Of a stretch of 64,000 bases of DNA, positions 37,826 through 51,452 are shown piece by piece. A program made the position numbers and the translations under genes. Each line of letters starts with the position of its first letter. The first letter of the stretch is position 1. The notes beneath the pieces are model-generated. The model did not search any database, was not told the origin of the DNA, and saw only the letters and a list, made by a program, of their open reading frames with translations. Origin of the DNA: Octopus vulgaris (Eukaryota); contig OX597831.1 of the NCBI GenBank assembly GCA_951406725.2, positions 23,436,001-23,500,000 of the forward strand, given 5' to 3'.

Positions 37826-39067
37826 TCCTTAAATTCTTAAATTCTAAACATGATGGTCATGGCTGGCTATGCCTTTGATCATAGTTCTGCTTAATCGAAC
37901 AAATAACAACAGTGACAACACGAACAATACATTATCTTTTAATAATTCTGTTCGTTTGTGAAAATTATCAATTAAATAAAGCATTTAAATATCGTTAGTA
38001 TGTCAATGCAAATACTTCAGAAATATTTGAATATTTAATAGCCATTTATCACATAGATATTTAGTACAAATATTTGATGTGTATGTAATGTTTTAGAATA
38101 TTTGCATAGTTTTTGAATGACCTTTGTGTATCTGTATGTCTTTAAATGTGTGGATATGTGTATATTTCTGTGTCATTGTATGTGTATGTGTGTGTGTGTA
38201 TATGTCTGTCTGTGAATGAGCATTTGTGTGTGTTTGTGTGTGTGTGTTCATCCCAATGAATGAGTATGTGTCTGAATTTATCTATTTACTTGTGCACATC
38301 AGCATTTGTGTGTATAAGCCTGGAGAAAGAGAAACAGAAGTAGAGAGGGATAGGTTGACAGAGACACAGAGGGAATGCAAGAGAGAGAAAAAGAAAGAGA
38401 GAGAAAGAGAGAGAGAGAAGAGGGGAGGAATCCTTTAAAATATACAATTGTAAACTAGTAGGAAATAGAGTCAGAAGAGTGATTTCAATTACCAATAAAT
38501 AAAAACAGCTGAACATTAACAGGTAACCAACCATATATATATATATAACAGAAGTAACTGTTTTTGTTAGCACTAAATATTATACTGAACAAAGATTCAG
38601 TCTTAAATAACAATAAAGCACATTGTAGTTTAACTACTTAAGCACACACATACACATATAGTCTCTTAGATAACAATATAGATAGGATGGGAGACACTGC
38701 GAGATACATAGACATAGAATAAGAACTTTAGATAAATGGACACACATATTCATATATATATATATGCACATATATATATGTATAAACATACACACACGCA
38801 CATATATATATATACATATGTATATATACATATGTGTGTGTATATATATATATATATATATACATGCATATATATATATGCATATATATATGTACATATA
38901 CACATATACATACATATATATATATATATGTACACACACACACATATATACTTACATATATACAGATATGTGTGTGTGTGTATGTGAGTATGCATAGATA
39001 TGTGTGTATGTATTGTCTTTATACTTTTGTATTATGACCCTCATAAATATACATATGTACATATAAG

Positions 39068-39128
<61 letters not shown>

Positions 39129-39229
39129 CATATATAATATATATATAACATATAATATACATACATATATATATAACATATGTATTATATATATATAAAA
39201 TATGTATTATATATATATAACATATATAT

Positions 39230-39293
<64 letters not shown>

Positions 39294-39729
39294 TATATAT
39301 ATATATAATATATATATATATACACGTATGTACTTATACACATATATATACATATATATATATATAATTCTGCACAAACACACACATACATATAGTTATA
39401 GGTTATAGTTGTAGTTATAGCATACACACACACACACAGAAAGACAGGCAGATGGATGCATAAATAGATGTGCATATAAATATATATATATCAAAAGCTG
39501 TTAAGGTTACTATGTACAAAGGGAATAGTATTTTGTCAAGAGGACAGCAATTAAATTATCTTTTATGACAGTTGAGGGTCTCTAGGCAATGTTGGGTTGG
39601 AAAATATACTCCAAGACTCTTGAAACTAATACAATAAATAAAACTGCTCAGTGTATCTATCCGAGATTTCCTCATGCATTAGAATTCTGATTGGATGTTT
39701 ATATCTATATCTATCTATCTATCTATCTA

Positions 39730-39789
<60 letters not shown>

Positions 39790-39876
39790 TACATATATAC
39801 ATATATACATACACACACACACAGATATACATACGTATATATGTGTGTGTGTACATATATATATATCTATATATCT

Positions 39877-39907
<31 letters not shown>

Positions 39908-39985
39908 TATACATAAATGTGTGTATATATATATCTGTATCCATCTGTCTTTCTATCTATCTATCTATTATATATATATATACAC

Positions 39986-40670
<685 letters not shown>

Positions 40671-40999
40671 ATATTATTAGTGATATTGTCATTAACCTCT
40701 TAGTCATGATTAGCAAAAGTGAAACCAGTCGACTATGTAGATACTTTTTTCCTTAAGATATACAATATATTTCGTCCAGTGTAAAATTTCTCTTCGTTTC
40801 CTTTCTTTTTAAACTATTTACTACAAGTAACCATGTGAAAACATTTTTTCATCTAACCTCTTCACTCTGTATACACACACACATGCTAATATCAAACAGT
40901 GAGAATGAGAGCTCAACACTGCATTAGTGGATAAATATACTTAATTTGTTAATTACAAGGCAACCACTGGTTTCAGTTGGATGAGATCTCCACAATTAT

Positions 41000-41245
41000 T
41001 TAAGTTAACCATTTGAGAATGTTTGAAAGATATGTGCTGGAAGGGAACTCCAGAGAGCTGCCATTGTGTGAAAGAAAGATTGTGTGTAAGGGTTGGTAGA
41101 AGGTGTTTAGGGACAACATATGGAGCAAGGATAGTAATGCCTGAGTGGAGGTGGTTGACGTTAGCTGCTAGGATCAGAGGCTATTAGAGTAACAGTGAAA
41201 ATGTAAAGTGAGGAGACATCACACCTGTGGATCAGAGACCGGAGC
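41000..41245 (-). mobile_element. CR1/L2-group LINE ORF2 C-terminal remnant
   Basis: Manual translation: SLIHRCDVSSLYIF ... PYTQSFFHTMAALWSSLPAHIF, resembling L.HRR.V.SL..FY and SFF.R...LWNSLP. Frameshifts and stops are present. Confidence 0.65.
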
Positions 41246-41973
41246 ATGATTGTCAGTGATTTTATGGAAACCAGTCAGGTGATATATTTCTAAATGTGGT
41301 CCAGAATTTCTGTATGTGTAGTATGAAAGATGGAAATACTATTGAAGTTAGAATATAATTATTTCTTTCATTATTTTACATTTAAAGTTGTATATATAAA
41401 TATATTTCAATATTTAAAGGGTTGTATATATACTGTATATATTGTTTACTTTAAATTCTTTAGCAGAATCCATGAAAATACATGGAAGAAACAATTATAT
41501 TTTATACGACGTATATTGATAGTTTAGGCTGGAACACTGTTGTTATTAAAATTCCTAATTTGAAAATATTTTATCTTCAAAAACTTACTATTATTTCTCA
41601 TTACATCTGTATGTAATGCTATAAAATATTCCAATATTATGCACTCTGAAGCGAACACTTAATTTTTATAAGATTTGAAACATATCAAAAGTTTACTCTT
41701 GACTTGTGAAGCATTAAAATCTGAATATTTTGGAAATATAAATAAATTGAAATGTGAACCAATGACTGGATTCCTTATTTTCTATCTTCCATCTTATTTC
41801 AACTGTGTGTTAACCTATTCGAATTTTTTTATATGTGGAATATTAATAACAGCAACATTCAAAATATATTCTGCTGATAAATATATGTGTGTGTGCACGT
41901 ATAATAGTAAGAAATAATCGGTTATGTACATTTATTTATTAGAGCTTTACATATATATATACATATATATATA

Positions 41974-42355
41974 CTAGTAACCCCCCCCCCCCATCTGGTG
42001 GACGGTGCTGAGTTGTCAAACATTTAAACCCTTTTTTCCTCAAAACAACTTGTCTGACCATCCCATAGGCATCCTCTTTCAAAAACAGTGATTTAACCTA
42101 AATTTGAGACACATACATTTTCTCACATACATATAGTATCGATCGCAACAGCTGATGTACTTGCGCATACAAATGCACGTTCCCACGGCTTTATCGATCG
42201 CATTCTCACCTGGAATCGATTTATGTAATTTTTTCAAGACTTATACACGCCCCGATACCGTCGGTATCTACATATCAAATTTGAGCGCAATCGGATAGAG
42301 GATGCCCGAGATCCTAAAAGACACACACACAGACAGACAGAACAGATTTTATATA
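41974..42355 (-). mobile_element. Non-autonomous Helitron-like element
   Basis: 3' CTAG at 41974-41977 with a subterminal imperfect hairpin; the other end has aaatttgagcgcaatcgg and (CAGA)n, as in microsatellite-bearing Helitrons. Confidence 0.6.
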
Positions 42356-42358
42356 ATA

Positions 42359-45101
42359 CTAGCAGTATAACCCGGCCTTGCCCGGGATTAAGTTACAATT
42401 ATTAAGCTAATCAAGTTCTTTATTTCGAACCAAACTAAGAAATATGGACGTCAACTTTGGGCAAAATCTGTTGAAATTGGTTATATTATATATATATTAT
42501 ATATATATATAATATAATATAATATAATATAATATAATATAAATATATATGAGCAACAGACACGAACACACATGTACGTACACCTATTGCATGTTTTGTG
42601 CATGCATACATGCTCATAAACAGAAATGAATGGAAAAATGTTGTTAAATTTGTAGATTAACACTCGCACGATTTTCACTAAGAAAAATAATCAGTTTTTT
42701 TTGTGTGGAATCAACTACTCTGGCCTCTTAATATGCTACAAAACCCTTTTTGTGGTCTGTGAAATGGAGTGGGTGTGGTGGAAGCCTCGGAAATTGTAAC
42801 CATTTATATTGTGCAATTCACTGACAAATTGCTACTCACCTCTTTGTTAAATAAATGGATTGTCAACAAAACACTTTTTTACTCGGCGTAATATAAAAAC
42901 AAAACTCTTTCGCACCCAAAGTAATGTGTGTGAGAGAGAGGGGGGGAGAAAGATGAAAGATTTAAAATAAATTAATGATTTAAAATAAATATACTGTAAT
43001 TGTTGTGTGAGAAAGTATATATACTATGATTATAAAATATAGTGTCTTTCAAAAACATCCTGAATTTGAACACTATATCTCGTGTTTAAGAAAGCACAAA
43101 ACATTTTACATTTTATATTTTATGAAGGTCGTCACTTACTCTCTCTCTCCGTCTCTCACTTTGTCTTTCCCGTGAAACTCTCTGCTTCTCTTCCACTTTT
43201 CTTTAGCTTATTTTTTATGTTAGACGCCGTTAAAAAGCTATGGCTGCAAATAGATTTTTACCACTATCCGCGGGTGCCTCGGTGAAAAAATATGTTGACA
43301 AAACCCAGATAGGAGGTTGATGAATGTCCTCTTAAAATTTCAGCGACATGCGTGCTAATTTGTGGAAAATTTTTGGGAAAATTTTCAAAAAATTTTTCAA
43401 AAACTTTTTGGAAAACTTTTCAAAATTTTTTTGAAAATTTTGCTCAAAAATTTTCCCAAAGAATTTGTGAAAAATTTTTGAAAAATTATTCGAAAATTTT
43501 TCCCAAAAATTTATGAAAAATTGTTTGAAAGTTTTCCCCAAAGATTTTTGAAAAATTTTTTGAAAATTTTCCCCAAAAATTTTTGAAAAATTTTTTGAAA
43601 GTTTTCCCCCAAAATTTGTGAAAAATTTTTTGAAAATTTTCCCAAAATATTTTTAAAATTTTCCCCAAAAATTTTTGAAAAATTTTTTGAAAATTTTTTG
43701 AAAGTTTTCCCCAAAATTTTGTGAAAAATTTTTCGAAAATTTTCCCCAAAAGTTTATGAAAAATTTTTTGAAAGTTTTCCCCAAAAATTTGTGAAAAATT
43801 TTTCAAAAATTTGTGAACAATTTTTCGAAAATTTTCCCCCAAAATTTATGAAATTTTTGGGAAGATTTTCAAAAAAGTTTAGGGGAAAATTTTCAAAAAA
43901 TTTTTCAAAAATTTTTGAGGAAAATTTTCAAAGGATTTTCAAAAAATTTTTCAAAAATTTTGGGGAAAATTTTCAAACTATTTTTCGAAAATTTTTGGGG
44001 AAAATTTTTTTTTTTTTGAAAATTTTCCCAAAAATTTATGAAAAACTTTTTGAAAATTTTTCCCAAATATTTATGGAAAATTTTCCCGAAAAATTTTTTC
44101 CAAAATTTTTTGAAAATTTTGTTGAAAATTTTATTCGAAAATTTTTTGAAAATTTTTCCTAATATTTATGGAAAATTTTTTGAAAATTTTCCCGAAAAAT
44201 TTTTCCAAAACTTTTTGAAAATTTACCCCAAAACTTTTTGAAAAATTTTTGAAGATTTTCTCCAAAAATTTTTCCAAAATTTTTTGAAAATTTCCGTCAA
44301 AAATTTTTGAAAAATAACAATTTCGATCAATTGGATCTTGTCCTCCCTTTTGTATAGAAGTGTACGGTTGCAGCGAAATTAATATTTGGACTTTCTTCTA
44401 TCGAAGGCATTTAACAAAAATGCTTCCGTAAAGCCTGTGAAAATATTGTCAATTTCCCCAAACAGGGACACAATTCAATTTTTAAACAATAACCAAAGCC
44501 CCTTCTCTGAAAGGGGGAGGGTTACAGTTTACAATTATTTAACAAATGCAACACAACAACGTTTGCCTGACGAGGAACCAACAAATGTGATTACAATAGT
44601 CAAACAGTAATAATGATAACAACAAACCTTTTTAATTTATCCCCATTTATGTGAAACCACTTATTCAAGTTCAAGTCATTGATGCAATTTTATACGAATT
44701 GCTAACACACACACACACACATATAATAAGATTGAAAAATTGAATATTAATTTGATTAATATGAATTGAAAACCAGTGGTGTAGCATATAAGACCATAGT
44801 GGATCTTCTTCTAGCAAAATGGATGACCATTGTTAATGGTTCATCCCTGTTATATAATACTTTCACTTTAATAGTGAAAGTGTCTACAAGAGAGATGTTT
44901 TTGTTTCACTTTTAACACATAATACTGAAATAGTGGAGAAGATATAATATTGCTGTGGGGTCGCCCTAGGGAAAAAGTTAAGAACCTTAAGTAAGGCATG
45001 TGTAAAATTTGAATGAAATTGGTTGTGTAGTTCTCAAGTTTTAGGGAAACACACAGACAGACAGACAGACAGACACACATTCTCAGTTATAATTATAGAG
45101 A
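42359..45101 (-). mobile_element. Helitron-like element (termini clear; interior may be composite)
   Basis: 3' end CTAG (42359-42362) plus hairpin cccggccttgcccggg (42371-42386). 5' end TC at 45101 followed by (CTGT)n. Termini are consistent with A|T insertion. Confidence 0.55.
43357..44316. repeat. A-tract/T-tract low-complexity array (aaaatttttg / gaaaattttcc)
   Basis: ~960 bp of alternating A3-6 and T3-7 runs punctuated by G/C runs, roughly 10-12-nt units. Confidence 0.92.
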
Positions 45102-45113
45102 TATATATATATT

Positions 45114-45400
45114 ACCGTGATCGACCAGGCTATCAGATGTTGCTACACATCGCTGGTCACAATGCGCTTTGCATTGTTTTAGCCTTCAAGTGACGCCACC
45201 CCACTGGCTAAGCATGCAGGCCAACAGAAGAAAGAGTGAGAGAAAGTTGTGGCGAAAGAGTACAGCAGGGATGGCTACCACCCCCTGCCAGAGCATCGTG
45301 GAGCTTTAGGTGCTTTCGCTCCATAAACACTCACAACGCCCGGTCTGGGAATTGAAACCATGAGTCCGCTGTCCCAACCACTGGGCCATTGCGACTCCAC
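45114..45400 (-). mobile_element. tRNA-derived SINE, head type F, tail type 1
   Basis: Minus head gcaatggcccagtggtt...gtttcaattcccagacc. 45230-45400 aligns with 54207-54394, but the tails differ. Confidence 0.8.
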
Positions 45401-45674
45401 TGATATATATGTGTGTGTATGTGTGTGTATATATATATATATATATATTGTTCGATAAAAACAGTGTATATTTTTATGAGCTGCTAATAGTTTCATGTGA
45501 TAAAAACTACTCAGACAGCATTTTATAACACATTTGCTGTCCAAGTTGTTATCATTGTGTGAGACTGTGAGTATACTCATCAAGAAATATACTGTGCTTA
45601 ATAAATAATATTTATCCCGCACCAGATGGAGTACCTTTTTTGTTGATCTTACCTTCATGGAACAGTATGCTGTA

Positions 45675-45892
45675 CTGGGTGCCAGTGCCCCCTGTCTGGC
45701 TCCTGTGCTGGTGACATGTAAAAAGCACCCACTACACACTCGGAGTGGTCTCCGTTGGGAAGGGCATCCAGCTGTAGAAACGTTGCCAGATCAGATTGGA
45801 GCCTGGTGCAGCCCACTGGCTTGCCACTCCTCAATCAAGCCATCCAACCGATGCCAGCTTGGAAAGCAGACGTTAAACAACGATGATGATGT
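45675..45892 (+). mobile_element. SINE-like family C
   Basis: aaaaagcacccactacac...gaagggcatccagctgtagaaac...gacgttaaacaacgatgatgat. Confidence 0.85.
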
Positions 45893-45904
45893 ATGTTCTT
45901 TTAT

Positions 45905-46540
45905 TCTTTTCAGTCATTTAACTGCAGCCATGCTGGAGCACCACCTTTAGTTGTGCAAATCGACCCCAGAACTTAATCTTTGTAAGCGTACTACTTATTC
46001 TATCAGTCTCTTTTGCCGATCCGCTATGTGACGGGGACATAAACACACCAGCATCAGTTGTGAAGCGATGTTGGGGGGACAAACACTGACACACCAACAT
46101 ACATATATATATATTATAAATAAACTGATCAGTCCAGGATGTATCGGTAATGGTAAACATTTTTGATTTTCACTCTCGATGAATTTATCCCTTTTTTGTG
46201 TCCCTAGCACTTGGCATCCTTATTTAGGAGCCCTTAATTATATTTCTATATGAATAATATTTTTCTATATGAATAATACTTTGTCTAATGACTAATTCGT
46301 CTTTTGTGCTGGGCCACTGGTAGTAATCTATGTTATTACCCTTTTTTGATTATATATATATATACACACATATATACGATGGGCTTCTTTCAGTTTCTGT
46401 CAACCAAATCCACTCACAAGGCTTTGGTCAGCCCAAGGTTACAGTACAAGACACTTGCCCAAGGTGCTACACAGTGGGACTGAACCCAGAACCATGTGGT
46501 TGGTAAGCAAGCTACTTACCACACAGCCACTCCTGTGCCT
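45905..46540 (-). mobile_element. SINE family A with an insert (46115-46350) in its internal (TA)n
   Basis: Tail 45905-46095 and head 46376-46540. Confidence 0.85.
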
Positions 46541-47666
46541 ACATATGTATGTATATGTATATATCTTCAACACTACTACTCTGCTACAATTTTGTCCCCC
46601 TATATCTCCTTTCTAGATTTATTTCTTCTCCACCCTAAGGGGATTTCAGACCTGGGAATTGTTTTCTTCATGCACGATTCCAGGCAACAAATGGTAATCT
46701 TCTTGTAACATTTGGTGAAGATTCATTGAGAAATGATTACGTTGCTTCGAGATAATCTGCATGTTTTGTAGACATCGATATTTATATATGTATCTCTCTA
46801 TTTACATCTGTGTGTGTGTATGTGTGTTGTTTATAAAATGCTATTTATAGAATAATATTAAAGAAAAGACACCTTTGTACATAACTCTTCTCACCTAGCA
46901 TTGTGTGTTTACATACATTCTTTTTCCCATATACACAGTGCTATTTCATTTTACCAATATCCCCAGAGACCTCAGATAATTATATTACATATGCACTGTG
47001 AAATACTATACTCAAAGTACATTTATCCATTGTTAAGACGTTTCTATATTTCCACCTTTATCCCTGATATTTCAATAAGGAATCAGACAATGTTCTTAAG
47101 ATGAATTCATTCATCCAGTCCTCGACATACCTTTGTAGCTTTGAGTCATAATTAGGTTTCGTAATGTAGTTAGAAAATTTCTTGATTTATCATCTTGTTT
47201 ATTTTTACTTTTTTGTGTTACTTGTTTTATTTATTAGACTCCGGCCATGCTGGGGCAATGTCATTTTAAAGTAATTTTTTTTTTTCATAAGCTTAATGCT
47301 TATTCTATCAATATCTTTTGATGAACCACTAAGTTATGAGAGCATAATCACATCAACAGCAGCTGTCACTTGGTGGTCGAGAGACAAACACACATACACA
47401 CACAGTCACAGAACTTCAGCCAGCCTGAGACTATAGTAGAAGGTGCCATGCAGTGGGACTGAATTCAGAAACATGTCGTTGAGAAGCAAGCTTCTTTCCA
47501 CACAGCCATTCTAACAATAAAAGAAAAAAAGACACCATCTCATAGTACAGTTTAGTGCACTATTTAGTTCCACACTAAGCATGTGTGCTCTACCAGATAT
47601 GAGAAATATCAGGCTCTTTATCTATTCCTTAAGCTTAAAACAATAAAGATGAATATAAATACGATA

Positions 47667-47813
47667 TCGGTTCGGCAAAAGAGACCGATAGAATAAGTAC
47701 TGGGCTTACAAAAGAATAAGTCCCGGGGTCGAGTTGCTCGATTAAAGGCGGTGCTCCAGCATGGCCGCAGTCAAATGACTGAAACAAGTAAAAGAGTAAA
47801 AGAGTAAAAGAGT
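47667..47813 (+). mobile_element. SINE family A, 5'-truncated young tail
   Basis: cggttcggcaaaagagaccg...(gtaaaaga)3 with CpGs retained. A degenerate minus copy lies at 47235-47510. Confidence 0.88.
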
Positions 47814-47906
47814 ATATATATATATATATATATATAGATAGATAGATAGATAGATAGATATAACAAATGAAAGACAGAAGATGGAATATACAAGAATATA
47901 GCATTA

Positions 47907-48010
47907 ATCACAACAATTGTTTCAACACATCTAGCATTGATTCCTCTTGTGAGATACACAAAAGCTGGTACTGGAGTACCCGGTGGTGCATACGTATCTC
48001 GTCGGGTGAT
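47907..48010 (-). ncRNA. Type I hammerhead-like motif with 65-nt loop II
   Basis: Minus strand: atcac-CCGACGA-gatac-[65 nt]-gtgtt-GAAAC-aatt-GTT-gtgat. Helix I atcac/gtgat, palindromic AATT loop III, U4C core variant. Confidence 0.65.
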
Positions 48011-48122
48011 AAAGAAATTTTTAAAAAATCTCGTTAAAATGACAGTTCCATAATGCAACTTCCCATCTTGTAGAGAGAAAAACAGCCAGCCAGAAGAAAA
48101 TTCTTCATATATATAGAAGATC

Positions 48123-48157
<35 letters not shown>

Positions 48158-48369
48158 TTGCTATTATGCAAAAGTGTCAAAAACAAAAAATAATTTCCCC
48201 ATTCCATAGCAAATCTACTACACTTTCATAATTTTTGATATCTTGGCATCTAAAGCAGCTGGAGATACGACAGTTTGACTAAAAGAACTGGCTATTGTAA
48301 GCAAAAATAAATATTGTAAAAGATGCATTTGGCCAAATTTGGACAAACAACAGTTTAACATAACAGCAA
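48158..48369. mobile_element. Possible small MITE in (TA)n
   Basis: Imperfect 11-bp TIR ttgctattatg / cataacagcaa, with (TA)n on both sides. Confidence 0.35.
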
Positions 48370-48376
48370 ATATATA

Positions 48377-48416
<40 letters not shown>

Positions 48417-48781
48417 CAAACTTTAGGTTAGTTAAAATATGTTTATGACATATTTACACTGCAGTTACCATGGAGATAATATCTCTCTTATGGTAAAAGG
48501 TGTGAAAACACTCAGTTTGTTTAGTGTTGCCATTTATCAGGAATCCCAGACATCAATGTTTCAAGTTTATTGACTCTTGTCAATAGGATATACTCAAGAG
48601 AGGCAACATGTTTTATAAGCATACTATTTGGGGCATGCCCAACGCGCAAAGTTTAAATTTTAAATTTAAATTAAAACTTTGATTTTAACCTATATATATA
48701 TATCGCCATGTTGGTTCGTTAGTTACTGCACGCATTTTTTTCTTCTCTCTCCTTCTTTCTGTGTTTTTTTCTCTCTGTGTA

Positions 48782-48819
48782 TCTTTCTGTTGAAGAGCGT
48801 AGGCTCGAAACGTTAAAGA
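48782..48819 (+). ncRNA. Minimal hammerhead-like motif with CUGUUGA core (within module 48705-48918)
   Basis: tcttt-CTGTTGA-a-gagc-gtag-gctc-GAAACGTT-aaaga. Helix I 5 bp, helix II 4 bp, A6 replaced by U. Confidence 0.7.
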
Positions 48820-49086
48820 CTTGTTTTATTTATATTTCCTGAGCGCCATACTAATACAATTGTTTGTTTGTTTTCCACCTGCCTTCGTCTTTTGTCTATT
48901 TTCATAAAGCTTCCCGTTATATATATATATATAACACACACACACGTGTCTGTGTGTTTTGATTTTAGCCTATATATATGCATACATACATATGTGTGTA
49001 TATGTGTGTGTAAGAGCATCTCAAAACAAGCACATACACTTACACCCGAAGAGACACTACTCTATGTTTGATGTTATAAATTACGT

Positions 49087-49455
49087 ATTGGCAGAAACGT
49101 TAGCACGTCAGGCAAAATGCCTAGCAGTATTTCATCTGCTGTTAGGTTCCGAGTTCAAATTTCGCTGAGGTCGACTTTGCCTTTCATCTTTTCAGGGTCA
49201 ATTAAATAAGTACCAATTAATCACTGGGGTCGATGTAATCAACTTAATAGCCTTGTCTGTGTTTGTTTGTTAAGTTAAGTTAATTTAATTTTTTAGCTCA
49301 AAAAGCAAAAAGCAAGGCCATGTAGGGGGTCATGGAGTTATGTACAGGGTGGTGTTCATGCAAAGAGTTCAGGCCATTTGTGGTCAAGGGAGACTCTGAA
49401 CCGAGCGGTCGTCGGCATCTTCACTATCTCGTAACCCCTTGTGGGCAATAAAAAA
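49087..49455 (+). mobile_element. SINE family D, interrupted by a LINE 3' end
   Basis: Head tggcagaaacgttagcacg...gagttcaaatt; tail resumes at ccccttgtgggcaataaa. Candidate TSD ataaattac at 49076-49084 and 49456-49464. Confidence 0.82.
49269..49431 (-). mobile_element. 5'-truncated CR1-like LINE 3' end
   Basis: Minus translation EIVKMPTTARFRVSLDHKWPELFA*, short 3' UTR, (AACTT)n tail. Confidence 0.6.
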
Positions 49456-50157
49456 ATAAATTACATATGGAGTCACTTCCTAGCTTCAAAATAATAGTTT
49501 AATTTACTCAATATCATATTACAACAACCTCCAGTACTGCATTCCATCCTAAAGATGGAGACAATTTCTATCTGCCAAATCTTACTGACAAGGTATTGAT
49601 CAACATGAGACAATGGTTACAGATTTTGCCACATTATGGGATTGAACACAGCCCCCACATGGTTAGCAGTCACACATTTTAACATACATACACTTATATA
49701 TGGATTGGTTACAAATGGAAAGTGTTCATAAAATGGTCAATATAGTGAAAGGATATCCAAATGATTCAAATTGAACTCAGATTTAATACAGGTATTTCAC
49801 TGAGTCTATTGACTGGATATTCCTAGTTTTGTAGGAATGCAAACAGCATTCCTACACCCATGCTTTACCGTTCTCATTTTTGCCATTCCTTACCACATCT
49901 AATTGGCATACAGATTCTGTAGAAAGCCCACCCCGCCCCACCCGTTTGTTTTAATCAATTAAAATAACACCTAGTAACAATTTCTTTAATTAATAACAAA
50001 GATTTCTTTTATAAAGTTATACTAATAATGAAAAATAAAAACCATTAATGTCAATAATAATTACTATCAAAACAAGTAAAAAAGAAAGGCTCTGAAATTT
50101 GTTATTAGATCAAGCTGAAGTTTGCAGCAAGTAACATGCTTAATCTGATTTTTAGCA

Positions 50158-50440
50158 AGTGTACTGACAAAGTCTTGTCGTATTTCTATCTTATTAAACC
50201 TCTTCTATGAAATATAGCCTTCCTCTTACATTTCAGACTTTAGAATGACTGAAAGAATATATAAGTTCTTAAGGAATAATCATTTCCTGACAAGGGAAAA
50301 GTATGCTGACAATGTCTTGTCATGTTTCTACCTTATTAATCCTCTTCTATGAAATATAGTCTTCCTCCTACATTTCAGACTTTAGAATGACTGAAAGAAT
50401 ATATAAGTTCTTAAGGAATAATCATTTACTGACAAGGGAA
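50158..50440. repeat. Tandem duplication, ~142 bp x2
   Basis: ctgacaa(a/t)gtcttgtc at 50164 and 50306; both copies end aataatcattt(c/a)ctgacaagggaa. Confidence 0.92.
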
Positions 50441-51277
50441 TTTAGAATAATTCTTTCTAGTATACACTAAAGGCCTGAAGGTATCGAGGGGAGTATAGTT
50501 CATTGCATTGATCTCAGGGCTCAACTGGTACTTACTTTGACCCTGCAAAGATGACGGGCAAAGTCAGCTTCAGCAGAATTTGAATGCAGAATGTAAAACT
50601 AGAAGAGATGGTGCTAAGCATTTTGTTTTATATGTTAACAATTCTGCCAGCTCTCCGCCTTAAGGAAAACGAAAATAATGACATAAGAGAAATTCCTTGC
50701 CCTGCTTACCTGCATCTCTCAACATATGTTCATGATAAACATCAAATACACTGACCTCACTAGTGTAAGAGATCTACCACAAAAGCCATGTGCACTCTTA
50801 ATTCTTTTCTCACAGAGAAACACCCCAGTTCAGTTCATCCTACTGTAGTGGTTAGTGAGTGGAACTTCTGTAACTGTTACCAGCATTTGACTGATATATG
50901 GCCCAAGGGTAAAGTACAGTGATTATTTATTCATTTAAAGTGAGGAAACAGGAGAACTTAATACTGTTCTTTCGCTAATGCTTTGCGTCTTTGGAGACAT
51001 TAATATTTATTGCAACAGTTACAATAACAACAAAATGGTCCTTTAGTTGGCTACTGCCAATGTGTTGAAACAAGACATAACTGCCTGCTACAGTACAACA
51101 CCATCCTGTTACCAACAATGTCATTCAAAGTTGGAAGCAGTGAGGTAGAATTAATGCAGTTACTCGACTTCACCTGCTCAAAACAGCAGCCAAGTGTCTC
51201 TTAATTCACATATTAGAAAGAAAAGATATATTGGGTGATATATGTCTAACAGAAGATGGGATGATCACAATAACATT

Positions 51278-51357
<80 letters not shown>

Positions 51358-51403
51358 CATATCTCTCTATCTATCCATCTATCTGTCAGTCTGTCTGTCT
51401 GCT

Positions 51404-51437
<34 letters not shown>

Positions 51438-51452
51438 ATATATATATATATC

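Noticed and set aside
39560-39640. Hammerhead-like gggtct...agactc-tt-GAAAC in a (TA)n-bounded island
   Set aside because: No CUGANGA or compensated core and no clear helix I.
43332-44241. K/F/N-rich ORFs
   Set aside because: Products of the A/T-tract array, which is poor in stop codons.
48415-48690. Nested hairpins (ttaccat/atggtaa; tgttgcc/ggcaaca) in a (TA)n-bounded island
   Set aside because: Could not be fitted to the hammerhead or CCACUGG motif; short AT-rich stems may be chance.
50700-50720. Minus-strand cag|gtaag
   Set aside because: Upstream sequence is purine-rich, so there is no acceptor; not a recursive site.
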